From assembly GCA_032718475.1 (NCBI GenBank), contig JAUCBJ010008176.1, positions 21,263-85,262 of the forward strand: a DNA stretch of 64,000 nucleotides, in the 5' to 3' direction. The notes below the pieces were generated by a model. The model searched no databases, had not been told where the DNA came from, and saw nothing but the letters and a program-made list of their open reading frames with translations. The position numbers and the translations under genes are program-made. Positions 13,181 to 25,099 of this stretch are shown here, piece by piece. This stretch comes from Nemertoderma westbladi. Lineage: Eukaryota; Animalia; Xenacoelomorpha. Each line of letters begins with the position of its first letter. Position 1 is the first letter of the stretch.

Positions 13181-16100
13181 ATCCAACTCCAGGCCAAGTT
13201 TGATTTCATATAAACTCACTATATTCCAATTCCAGTCCCTGCAGATTGATTTTAAATAAACTCACTGCATTCCAACTCCAGTCCTTCGAGGTTGATTTTA
13301 TTTATATAAACGCACTGTATTCAAACCACAGTCATTAGAGGTTGATTTTATTTATATAAACTCACTGTATTCCAACTCCAGTCCTTAGAGGTTGATTTTA
13401 TTTATATAAACTCACTGCATTCCAACCACAGTCCTTAGAGGTTGGTTTTATTTATATAAACTCACTGTATTCCAACTCCAGTCATTAGAGGTTGATTTTA
13501 TTTATATAAACTCTTTGTATTCCAACCACAGTCCTTAGAGGTTGATTTTATTTATATAAACTCACTGTATTCCAACCACAGTCCTTAGAGTTTGATTTTA
13601 TTTATATAAACTCACTGTATTCCAACTCCAGTCCTTAGAGGTTGATTTTATTTATATAAACTCACTATATTCCAACCACAGTCCTTAGAGGTTTATTTTA
13701 TTTATATAAACTCACTGTATTCCAACTCCAGACCTTAGAGGTTGATTTTATTTATATTAACTCACTTTATTCCAACTCCAGTCCTTAGAGATTGATTTTA
13801 TTTATATAAACTCACTGTATTCCAACCACAGTCCTTAGAGTTTTGATTTTATTTATATAAACTCACTGTATTCAAAGCACAGTGCTAAGAGGTTGATTTT
13901 ATTTATATAAACTCATTGTATTCCAACTCCAGTCCTTAGAGGTTGATTTTATTTATATAAACTCACTGTATTCCAACTCCAGTCCTTAGAGGTTGATTTT
14001 ATTTATATAAACTCACTGTATTCAAACCACAGTCATTAGAGGTTGATTTTATTTATATAAACTCACTGTATTCCAACTCCAGTCCTTAGATGTTGATTTT
14101 ATTTATATAAACTCACTGTATTCAAACCACAGTCATTAGAGGTTGATTTTATTTATATAAACTCACTGTATTCCAACTCCAGTCCTTAGATGTTGATTTT
14201 ATTTATATAAACTCACTGTATTCAAAGCACAGTGCTAAGAGGTTGATTTTATTTATATAAACTCATTGTATTCCAACTCCAGTCCTTAGAGGTTGATTTT
14301 ATTTATATAAACTCACTGTATTCCAACTCCAGTCCTTAGAGGTTGATTTTATTTATATAAACTCACTGTATTCAAACCACAGTCATTAGAGGTTGATTTT
14401 ATTTATATAAACTCACTGTATTCCAACTCCAGTCCTTAGATGTTGATTTTATTTATATAAACTCACTGTATTCCAACTCCAGTCCTTAGAGGTTGATTTT
14501 ATTTATATAAACTCACTGTATTCCAACTCCAGTCCTTAGAGGTTGATTTTATATATATAAACTCATTGTATTCCAACTCCAGTCCTTAGAGGTTGATTTT
14601 ATTTATATAAACTCACTGTATTCAAACTCCAGTCCTTAGAGGTTAATTTTATTTATATTAACTCACTTTATTCCAACTCCAGTCCTTAGAGGTTGATTTT
14701 ATTTATATAAACTCATTGTATTCCAACCACAGTCCTTAGAGGTTGGTTTTATTTATATAAACTCACTTTATTTCAACTCCAGTCCTTAGAGGTTGATTTT
14801 ATTTATATAAACTCACTATATTCCAACCACAGTCCTTAGAAGTTGATTTTATTTATACAAACTCACTGCATTCCAACTCCAGTCCTTAGGTTGATGTTAT
14901 TTATATAAACTCACTGTATTCAAACTCCAGTCCTTAGAGGTTGATTTTATTTATATTAACTCACTTTATTCCAACTCCAGTCCTTAGAGGTTGATTTTAT
15001 TTATATAAACTCATTGTATTCCAACCACAGTCCTTAGAGGTTGGTTTTATTTATATAAACTCACTTTATTTCAACTCCAGTCCTTAGAGGTTGATTTTAT
15101 TTATATAAACTCACTATATTCCAACTTCAGTCCTTAGAAGTTGATTTTATTTATACAAACTCACTGCATTCCAACTCCAGTCCTTAGAGGTTGGTTTTAT
15201 TTATATAAACTCACTTTATTTCAACTCCAGTCCTTAGAGGTTGATGTTATTTATATAAACTCATTGTATTCCAACCACAGTCCTTAGAGGTTGGTTTTAT
15301 TTATATAAACTCACTTTATTTCAACTCCAGTCCTTAGAGGTTGATGTTATTTATATAAACTCACTGTATTCCAACCACAGTCCTTAGAGGTTGATTTTAT
15401 TTATATAGACTCACTGTATTCCAACCCCAGTCCTTAGAGGTTGATTGTATTTATATAAACACACTGCATTCCAAATCCAGTCCTTAGAGGTTGATTTTAT
15501 TTATATAAACTCACTGTATTCAAACCACAGTTCTTGGAGGTTGATTTTATTTATATAAACTCACTTTATTCCAACTCCAGTCCTTAGAGGTTGATTTTAT
15601 TTATATATTTAAACTCACTGCATTCCAACTCCAGTCCTTAGAGGTTGATTTTATTTATATAAACTCACTACATTCCAACCACAGTCCTTAGAGGTTGATT
15701 TTATTTATATAAACTCACTTTATTCCAACTCCAGTCCTTAGAGGTTGATTGTATTTATATAAACTCACTGCATTCCAACTCCAGTCCATACAGTTTGATT
15801 TTATTTATATAAACTCACTTTATTCCAACTCCAGTCCTTAGAGGTTGATTTTATTTATATAAACTCACTGTATTCCAACCACAGTCCTTAGAGTTTGATT
15901 TTATTTATATAAACTCACTGTATTCCAAACACAGTCCTTAGAGGTTGATTTTATTTATATAAACTCACTGTATTCCAACTCCAGTCCTTAGAGGTTGATT
16001 TTATTTATATAAACTCACTGCATTCCAACCACAGTCCTTAGAGGTTGGTTTTCTTTATATAAACTCACTGTATTCCAACTCCAGTCATTAGAGGTTGATT

Positions 16101-17900
16101 TTATTTATATAATCTCACTGTATTCCAACCACAGTCCTTAGTGGTTGATTTTATTTATATAAACTCACTGTATTCCAACTCCAGTTCTTAGAGGCTGATT
16201 TTATTTATATAAACTCACTGCATTCCAACCACAGTCATTAGAGGTTGATTTTATTTATATAAACTCACTGTATTCAAACTCCAGTCCTTAGAGGTTGATT
16301 TTATTTATATAAACTCACTTTATTCCAACTCCAGTCCTTAGAGGTTGATATTATTTATATAAACTCACTGTATTCCAACCACCGCCTTAGAGGTTGATTT
16401 TATTTATATAAACTCACTGTATTCCAACCACAGTCCTTAGAGGTTGATTTTATATATATAAACTCACTGCATTCCAACTCGTCCTTAGAGGTTGATTTTA
16501 ATTATATAAACTCACTGTATTCAAACTCCAGTCCTTGAGGTTGATTTTATTTATATAAACTCACTGCATTCCAACCACAGTCCTTAGAGGTTGGTTTTCT
16601 TTATATAAACTCACTGTATTCCAACTCCAGTCATTAGAGGTTGATTTTATTTATATAAACTCACTGTATTCCAACCACAGTCCTTAGAGGTTGATTTTAT
16701 TTATATAAACTCACTGTATTCCAACTCCAGTTCTTAGAGGTTGATTTTATTTATATAACCTCACTGTATTCCAACCACAGTCCTTAGAGGTTGATTTTAT
16801 TTATATAAACTCACTGTATTCCAACTCCAATCCTTAGAGGTTGATTTTATTTATATAAACTCACTGTATTCCAACCACAGTCCTTAGAGGTTGATTTTAT
16901 TTATATAAACTCACTGTATTCCAACCACAGTCCTTAGAGGTTGATTTTATTTATATAAACTCACTGTATTCCAACTCCAGTCCTTCGAGGTTGATTTTAT
17001 TTATATAAACTCACTGCATTCCAACCACAGTCATTAGAGGTTGATTTTATTTATATAAACTCACTGTATTCCAACTCCAGTCCTTAGAGGTTGATTTTAT
17101 TTATATAAACTCACTGTATTCCAACTCCAGTCCTTAGAGGTTGATTTTATTTATATAAACTCACTGTATTCCAACTCCAGTCCTTCGAGGTTGATTTTAT
17201 TTTTATAAACTCACTGCATTCCAACCACAGTCATTAGAGGTTGATTTTATTTATATAAACTCATTGTATTCCAACTCCAGTCCTTAGAGGTTGATTTTAT
17301 TTATATAAACTCACTGCATTCCAACCACAGTCCTTAGAGGTTGATTTTATTTATATTAACTCACTGCATTCCAACCACAGTCATTAGAGGTTGATTTTAT
17401 TTATATAAACTCACTGTATTCCAACTTCAGTCCTTAGAGGTTGATTTTATTTATATAAACTCACTGCATTCCAACCACAGTCCTTAGAGGTTGATTTTAT
17501 TTATATAAACTCACTGCATTCCAACCACAGTCATTAGAGGTTGATTTTATTTATATAAACTCACTGTATTCCAACTCCAGTCCTTAGAGGTTGATTTTAT
17601 TTATATAAACTCACTGTATTCCAACTCCAGTCCTTAGAGGTTGATTTTATTTATATAAACTCACTGTATTCCAACCACCGCCTTAGAGGTTGATTTTATT
17701 TATATAAACTCACTGCATTCCAACCACAGTCATTAGAGGTTGATTTTATTTATATAAACTCACTGTATTCCAACTCCAGTCCTTAGAGGTTGATTTTATT
17801 TATATAAACTCACTGTATTCCAACCACAGTCCTTAGAGGTTGATTTTATTTATATAAACTCACTGTATTCCAACTCCAGTCCATACAGTTTGATTTTATT
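13181..17900 (-). repeat. 50-bp satellite (about 90 copies) duplicating the 3' end of the CREBRF bZIP exon and its splice donor
   Basis: Plus-strand unit TTGATTTTATTTATATAAACTCACTGTATTCCAACTCCAGTCCTTAGAGG. The last unit (17851-17900) overlaps the coding exon. Confidence 0.97.
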
Positions 17901-18181
17901 GCTCTCGTGTTGTGCCTTTTTCTTGAGCCGACAAGCCCGACTTGCTAGTCTGTTTTTCTCACGACGGACCGCGTCAGATTGTTTGGATCCCGCACCCTGT
18001 GGCTTTGGTTCAATTGCGTGGAGTTGGTCGTTGATTCGTTGTAGCTCATTTCCTAGTAACAGCAGTCTTCGGGGATTGGGCACAAAATCTTTGCTGGAAA
18101 TATTTGACACTTCGGAGAGATGACGTTGTCGAGAATATTTGCTTGAGGCCTCCGATAGGTGGCGCTGCCGAGATTGCTGAC
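17864..18181 (-). CDS. CREBRF: CREBRF/REPTOR-like bZIP transcription factor, coding exon 5 (basic region and start of zipper)
   Basis: Acceptor TTATAATAG|, donor TACA|GTGAGT, 318 nt, phase 1/1. Encodes DFVPNPRRLLLLGNELQRIN...RREKNRLASRACRLKKKAQHESNKIKLYGLELEY, matching the CREBRF/REPTOR signature as I recall it (PNPKKLLQIGNEL...KEKNKLASRACRLKKKAQ.EANK.KL.GL). Confidence 0.92.
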
Positions 18182-18753
18182 CTATTATAATATTGTTCCA
18201 AATATAATTTTATGTATTGAATCTCTAATTTAATATTTGTTAATTTTCATATTTATATATTTTATCATCAAAGGTGGGCTAAATGTAATTCGTAAAGGTA
18301 GTTCGGGCAGTGGTGTGGTGGTGCTTGGTGGCTACCATACCATACTACTACGGGATGCCAACTACACTAGTTACGAATTGCGGACCATTTTTTCCAATAT
18401 TACACGTAGAGTCAGCTGGACTTATTTTTGCAATAATGTCTTAAATTTGAAGGTTGTAAAACAAGGCATAACATTCCATTAGTTTGTTTTACACTTTATG
18501 TTAAAAATTAATAAAAATAACCATCACAAAAATATAAGTGGGTGGGGGACTCTTATAATTCATCCCACTCCAGGGGAAAATATACACCAATAACTAACAG
18601 CGGGCAATTCAAAACTGAAACAATACAAAACTGTCTATGTAATCCGAATTTTCCTTATTTGTTCTGCCGTATATTTTCAACAGTTTTGGTTAGAATTAAG
18701 TGCTACTGCACAATGTAACCTGCTCCTTTCCCTACAACAATAGAACAACTTAC

Positions 18754-18930
18754 CTAAAATATCGAGGGACCCGAATGACTGACAAGCCGAGTAACAACTA
18801 CTAGATTCCGAATTATTGCGATTGCGTCTCTCTGTCTTTGTTCGCGTTTTATAAACTTTAATATCCCAAAGTTTAGCGACCACTGAAGGGTGCTTTGTGT
18901 CTGGAGTTTCCATGGATGACTCAACAGGGT
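18754..18930 (-). CDS. CREBRF: CREBRF-like coding exon 4
   Basis: Acceptor CTTACTATCCCAG|, donor TAG|GTAAGT, 177 nt, phase 1/1, open and in frame with both neighbours (DPVESSMETP...SFGSLDIL). Confidence 0.85.
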   Translation of the reverse strand, partial: TLLSHPWKLQTQSTLQWSLNFGILKFIKREQRQRDAIAIIRNLVVVTRLVSHSGPSIF

Positions 18931-19390
18931 CTGGGATAGTAAGAATATGTATATAAATATATAAGGCCAAGAGGCCAAAGAAAGAAAGTTAGAAACCATA
19001 CCCAAAATAGAAAAATAACTTTATTACGAAAGAAACAATTAATTAATCGTCTTTAGGTTCACATCTTCAGGCCATTATCACAACATTCCTTCTACGGGGT
19101 ATTCTGGTTGCCATCGTGATAGGGAATGCCGCCCTCATCACGGCTATGACAGGCTCTTCGTCAAGGGAGTAATAATTTATTGAATTCCAGGGTCCAGTTT
19201 AAAGCGTTTAGTTAACAATGAGAACTGATTTCAATTGTTATATTGAATTAATTAATTACAATAGTCGGTCGAAGCCGGAGGCAACCCAAACAAAAAGGCT
19301 ACTTCTATAAATTAATTATGAATAATATAGGTATATTTAATATTTATCTCAAATAAAAAATACATACAGCTATGATAACTGTGTGTATAA

Positions 19391-20657
19391 TCTGTCCCAT
19401 GTTGTATCATAGCTGTACGTTTAGTCTGTCCCATGTTGTATCATAGCTGTATGTTTTGGGTCCCATGTTGTATCATAGCTGTATGTTTAGTCTGTCCCGT
19501 GTTGTATTATAGCTGTATGTTTAGGGTCCCATGTTGTATCATAGTTGTATGTTTAGTCTGTCCCATGTTGCATCATAGCTTTATGTTTAGGGTCCCATGT
19601 TGTATCATAGTTGTATGTTTAGTTAGGGTCCCATGTTGTATCATATCTGTATGTTTAGGGTCCCATGTTGTATCATAGTTGTATGTTTAGTCTGTCCCAT
19701 GTTGTATCATAGCTGTATGTTTAGGGTCCCATGTTGTATCATATCTGTATGTTTAGGGTCCCATGTTGTATCATAGTTGTATGTTTAGTCTGTCCCATGT
19801 TAGCTGTATGTTTAGTCTGTCCCATTTTGTATCATAGTTGTATGTTTAGTCTGTCCCATGTTGTATCATAGCTGTATGTTTAGGGTCCCATGTTGTATCA
19901 TAGCTGTATGTTTGTTTAGTCTGTCCCATGTTGTATCATAGTTGTATGTTTAGTCTGTCCCATGTTGTATCATAGCTGTATGTTTAGTCTGTCCCATTTT
20001 GTATCATAGTTGTATGTTTAGTCTGTCCTATGTTGTATCATAGCTGTATGTTTAGTCTGTCCCATGTTGTATCATAGTTGTATGTTTAGGGTCCCATGTT
20101 GTATCACAGCTCTATGTTTAGTCTGTCCCATGTTGTATCATAGCTGTATGTTTAGTCTGTCCCATTTTGTATCATAGTTGTATGTTTAGTCTGTCCTATG
20201 TTGTATCATAGCTGTATGTTTAGTCTGTCCCATGTTGTATCATAGTTGTATGTTTAGGGTCCTATGTTGTATCACAGCTCTATGTTTAGTCTGTCCCATG
20301 TTGTATCATAGCTGTATGTTTAGTCTGCCCCATGTTGTATCATAGCTGTATGTTTAGTCTGTCCCTTGTTGTATCATAGTTGTATGTTTAGGGTCCCATG
20401 TTGTATCATAGTTGTATGTTTAGTCTGTCCCATGTTAGCTGTATGTTTAGTCTGTCCTATTTTGTATCATAGTTGTATGTTTAGTCTGTCCTATGTTGTA
20501 TCATAGCTGTATGTTTAGTCCGACCCATGTTGTATCATAGCTGTCTGTTTAGGGTCCTATGTTGTATCATAGTTGTATGTTTAGTCTGTCCCATGTTATA
20601 TCATAGTTGTATGTTTAGTCTGTCCCATATTGTATCATAGCTGTATGTTTAGGGTCC
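19391..20657. repeat. Intronic 34/32-bp minisatellite (TAGTCTGTCCCATGTTGTATCATAGCTGTATGTT)
   Basis: Direct tandem periodicity, roughly 38 copies. Confidence 0.95.
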
Positions 20658-20662
20658 TTTAT

Positions 20663-20891
20663 GTGGGGCAGGGCGGTGGGACATTGCGGTGGGACAGGGC
20701 GGTGGGACAGGGCGGTGGGGCAGGGCGGTGGGGCAGGGCGGTGGGGCAGGGCGGTGGGACAGGGCGGTGGGACAGGGCGGTGGGACAGGGCGATGGGGTA
20801 GGGCGGTGCGACAGGGCGGTAGGGCAGGGCGGTGGGGCAGGGCGGTGGGGCAGGGCAGGCGCAGAGAGGGGGAGGGGGGGGGGGGGGGGGG
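20663..20891 (+). repeat. G-rich 13/14-bp minisatellite (GGGCAGGGCGGTG) followed by a poly-G run; G-quadruplex-capable
   Basis: Many GGG runs with short loops, about 110 bp into the intron from the exon-3 donor. Confidence 0.9.
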
Positions 20892-21004
20892 AGGCAGCCC
20901 CCATACACCTGGCCTCGTACGCCTATATGGTTAGTAGTATGAATAATATAATTTAAAATGAAAGTAATTGACAGTAATGTATGTACGGCAGTATAATTGC
21001 TCAC

Positions 21005-21170
21005 CATCCCCTAAGATTTCCTCACTATCGTCGCTTATGTTATCATTATCTTCGGATAAATCGTCTATTGAGTCCATATAACTCGATGCGCTCGTGCTGT
21101 AATTACCGCTGTCATTGCGACAACGATATGGGTGTATGAGGGGAACTACAGTTGTCGGGGAAGTTAATGT
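21005..21170 (-). CDS. CREBRF: CREBRF-like coding exon 3 (acidic region); absent from the ORF track
   Basis: Acceptor TATTTTACAG|, donor GATG|GTGAGC, 166 nt, phase 0/1. Reads TLTSPTTVVPLIHPYRCRNDSGNYSTSASSYMDSIDDLSEDNDNISDDSEEILGD. Confidence 0.85.
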
Positions 21171-21753
21171 CTGTAAAATAATAAAGAACCAGGTTTCACT
21201 ACAACTTTAGTTAAGTACATAGTTCTGCAACGTTATTCACATTATTCAATATGCATATGATATGAAGTGTGGCCTTCGCGCAGCATGTGAGACTAATTTA
21301 TGACAAGTAACAACTCGAAAGGATTACATAAAATATGAGAAGATTCCATCTGATAAATTATTTTTCGCTCTCCATTTTCCCTCTAGACTTTGTAACAGCA
21401 GTGGAAGAACGTTTAATGTTTAGACCTTCAGCCCTCTGCCTCTAGCGTGAAGTCTGTTGAACTGATGGTGCCTAAAATCTGTCAAAAATTTCCACTTTTG
21501 GTCCTATTTATGTCTAGTCTACAAATTTTCAACTCAACAGATGTAATCACACATTATTGTCCCTACTACTACTACTACTACGACCACCCTAATACGTGTC
21601 TCCTTAAAGAATGAACCGATACTATGACTTAGATCCATAGACAGACATGGAGAGTAAATAGAACACGCTGTTCCTTTCCCACCACAGATTGATGGAATTA
21701 ATAAAATAATAACAAAAGAAGGATTAGTCTGAGAAATCAAATATAGTGATAAT

Positions 21754-23056
21754 TAATTATAATTATAATATACACCCCCACTCGGGGTAAATTAAACATA
21801 AGAAACAGTAAGAGTTAAACAGTAAGTAACAGTAACCGGGAGTATACACTATGCAGAAATAATACACGTACGTAACGGGGACACAGTAATTGAAACAGTA
21901 AGTACAGTATACATACCGGGAATATATAACAATATAATTAATAAACCTACTGTAGTAAGTTGATGTAGGTTGTAGCTGTGAGAGTGAGTGTAGCAGTTAA
22001 TTTTGGTGTGTGTCAGTGTTTGGTTGTGTACCGTTTTTGATGGGTGACAGTAATTTGGATTATGTATGTAGTGTGTGAGTGGGGCGGTCTATGAGGCAAG
22101 CTGAGAGAGCGAGGGGACGTTGGGGCAGTCAAGGACGTGATATCGAAAGGCACAGGAGTTGTGGCAGTATTTGCATTGGCAGTCCGGTGTTAGTTCGTGG
22201 AATGGCTTGTTGTTAAGACACAATTTATGGTGAAAGCCGTGTGCTGTAGTTCTAGTAGTGATGTGACGGTTTTTCTGACCAGGAAGCTTCCAGGTATTGG
22301 AAGTGAAGGCAGGACCGAGAATGTATTGTTCTATGTTAAAGTTGTTAATGCGTTCGAGCCTGTGCTGTCTGTATTGGGATTGGATTTCGTTGTCGAATAT
22401 GTTAGGATGTTTTTCTATAATAGATTCTACTAGTGTTGGTTCATTTACAAGTTTTAGTGCCAATGTGGTGGATGTCGAAATATGTAGACCTAACAGACGT
22501 TTAATAAATGTAGCTTTGATTTTGTCAAGTTCCTTTAGGTGCTTTACTTTTAGAAATTTTGCGAAAACTGGGAGGGCATATTCTATAATGGGTGCTATTT
22601 TTACGTTGAATATTTTAAGGCCTGTTTCTACCGAAAGTAAGGGTAACATATTGAATGAACCGATGAGTTTGAAAGCTTTTTCCTTTTTAGACTTAATGTG
22701 GTTCGTAAAGCAGAGTGTTGGTTGTAGAATTACTCCTAAGTATTCATATTGATTTACTATTTTGATGTTTTCGTTTCCGTATGTGAATGTGTCTGTAAGA
22801 GCTAGTCTACCCGATCGTCTGAATTTTATTATTTTAGTTTTTGTTAAGTTAACTACCATGCCGTTTGAAGTGCACCAGTCATGTAAGATATTTAAACCAA
22901 GTTGGACATGTTCACGGTTGTTTGAGTACAGTACGAGATCGTCAGCATAGAATACAAACCTAAGTAAAGATATTGTTCGTCGTAAGAGGTATGCGAGATC
23001 GGCTATAAAAATAATAAATAATGTAGGTGATAGGCAGTCCCCTTGTAAAACCTTGT
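21754..23056 (-). mobile_element. 5'-truncated non-LTR retrotransposon (LINE) with 14-bp target-site duplication
   Basis: Open frame from about 23052 to 22089 with RT motifs VLQGDCLSPTLF, FYADDLV, VNLTKTK and YEYLGV, followed by a 3' UTR and AT-rich tail. TSD AATATAGTGATAAT at 21740-21753 and 23057-23070. Confidence 0.93.
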
Positions 23057-23244
23057 AATATAGTGATAATAATGATGCATTCGTATAATAGACGCGGCAT
23101 CAATAAACAAGTTATCCAGTATCCCTCCAATAACTGGCGTATCTTTCCAAATTAATATTTAATATTGTTGCCAATTGCAATTCCACTTAATAATAAAGAT
23201 AATCTCACAATCACTATCCAATCCACTGCCACTCCCCGGCTCAG

Positions 23245-23416
23245 ATAGGGGGGGAAACTGGACGCAATAAAATTCATCCCTCTACAGGGGAAATTGGACG
23301 CAAATAACAGAGGATTACTCTCAAAAATAAAACTGTAACCTGTTATATTGTGTTTACACTGTTTAGTTTATTGTTTTGGTTAAAATAACGTGCCACTGTA
23401 ACCTGCTCCTTTCCCT
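23245..23416. mobile_element. Dispersed MITE-like repeat; related copies at about 18540-18733 and 27630-27780 (inverted)
   Basis: Shared block GTTTATTGTTTTGGTTAAAATAACGTGCCACTGTAACCTGCTCCTTTC and AATTCATCCC...CAGGGGAAA; near-exact reverse complement at 27638-27690. Confidence 0.7.
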
Positions 23417-23427
23417 AAATTGAAAAG

Positions 23428-24890
23428 GTCAGTGAGAACCCTTGAACGCAATGGCACTCCGTCAGTGAGAACCCTGAACGCAATGGCACTCCGTCAGTGA
23501 GAACCCTGAACGCAATGGCACTCCGTCAGTGAGAACCCTTGAACGCAATGGCACTCCGTCAGTGAGAACCCTTGAACGCAATGGCACTCCGTCAGTGAGA
23601 ACCCTTGAACGCAATGGCACTCCGTCAGTGAGAACCCTGAACGCAATGGCACTCCGTCATTGAGAACCCTGAACGCAATGGCACTCCGTCATTGAGAACC
23701 CTGAACGCAATGGCAACTCCGTCAGTGAGAACCCTGAACGCAATGGCACTCCGTCAGTGAGAACCCTTGAACGCAATGGCACTCCGTCAGTGAGAACCCT
23801 GAACGCAATGGCACTCCGTCATTGCGAACCCTTGAACGCAATGGCACTCTGTCAGTGAGAACCCTGAACGCAATGGCACTCCGTCATTGAGAACCCTGAA
23901 CGCAATGGCACTCCGTCAGTGAGAACCCTTGAACGCAATGGCACTCCGTCAGTGAGAACACTTGAACGCAATGGCACTCCGTCATTGAGAACCCTGAACG
24001 CAATGGCACTCCGTCAGTGAGAACCCTTGAACGCAAGGGCACTCCGTCAGTGACAACCCTTGAACGCAATGGCACTCCGTCAGTGAGAACCCTTGAACGC
24101 AATGGCACTCCGTCAGTGAGAACCCTTGAACGCAATGGCACTCATTCAGTGAGAACACTTGAACGCAATGGCACTCCGCCAGTGAGAACCTGAAAGCAAT
24201 GGCACTCAGTCAGTGAGAACCCTTGAAGGCAATGGCACTCCGTCAGTGAGAACCCTTGAACGCAATGGCACCCCGTCAGTGACAACCCTTGAACGCAATG
24301 GCACCCCGTCAGTGAGAACCCTTGAACGCAATGGCACTCCGTCAGTGAGAACCCTTGAACGCAATGCCACTCCGTCAGTAAAAACCTTGAACGCAATGGT
24401 ACTCCGTCAGTGAGAACCCTTGAACGCAATGGCACTCCGTCAGTGACAACCCTTGAACGTAATGGCACTCCGTCAGTGAGAACCCTTGAACGCAATGGCA
24501 CTCCGTCAGTGACAACCCTTGAACGTAATGGCACTCCGTCAGTGAGAACCCTTGAACGCAATGGCACTCCGTCAGTGAGAACCCTTGAACGCAATGCCAC
24601 TCCGTCAGTAAAAACCTTGAACGCAATGGTACTCCGTCAGTGAGAACCCTTGAACGCAATGGCACTCCGTCAGTGAAAACCTTGAACGCAATGGTACTCC
24701 GTCAGTGAGAACCCTTGAACGCAATGGCACTCCGTCAGTGAGAACCCTTGAACGCAATGGCACTCCGTCAGTGAGAACCCTGAACGCAATGGCACTCCGT
24801 CAGTGAGAACCCTGAATGCAATGGCACTCCGTCAGTGAGAACCCTTGAACGCAATGCCACTCCGTCAGTGAAAACCTTGAACGCAATGGC
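23428..24890. repeat. Intronic 33/32-bp minisatellite (GTCAGTGAGAACCCTTGAACGCAATGGCACTCC)
   Basis: Direct tandem periodicity, about 44 copies, with frequent 1-bp indels. Confidence 0.96.
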
Positions 24891-25099
24891 CGATTCCTGG
24901 CATTCCATTTTTTGATTCTCTTCTGCCGGTTAAAAGTGACAGTTTTAATTAAGTTTTTTTAAAAGTTTTTAATTAAAGTGACCTTTTAATTTTATGATTT
25001 TTGATTTTAATTTGTTTGTGTTCGGCAAAGATGAATTGAATCACACTACAAACAAAATAAAGATACAAAGAGAGATAGAGAGAGATAGGACAAACTTAC

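Noticed and set aside
3456-13259. Dozens of overlapping ORFs up to 619 aa (MGMWEDGN…, FPHSHPSS…)
   Set aside because: Translations of a low-complexity satellite, open in several frames and on both strands, with no domain content.
13181-13260. Terminal exon for the plus-strand RRM gene
   Set aside because: The available AG sites give only AKFDFI* or IDFK*, and the segment is degenerate 50-bp repeat.
23428-24890. Branch-point-like CACTGAC in most 33-bp units on the sense strand
   Set aside because: No pyrimidine tract follows, the array is more than 2 kb from the acceptor, and the 7-mer is easily matched by chance.
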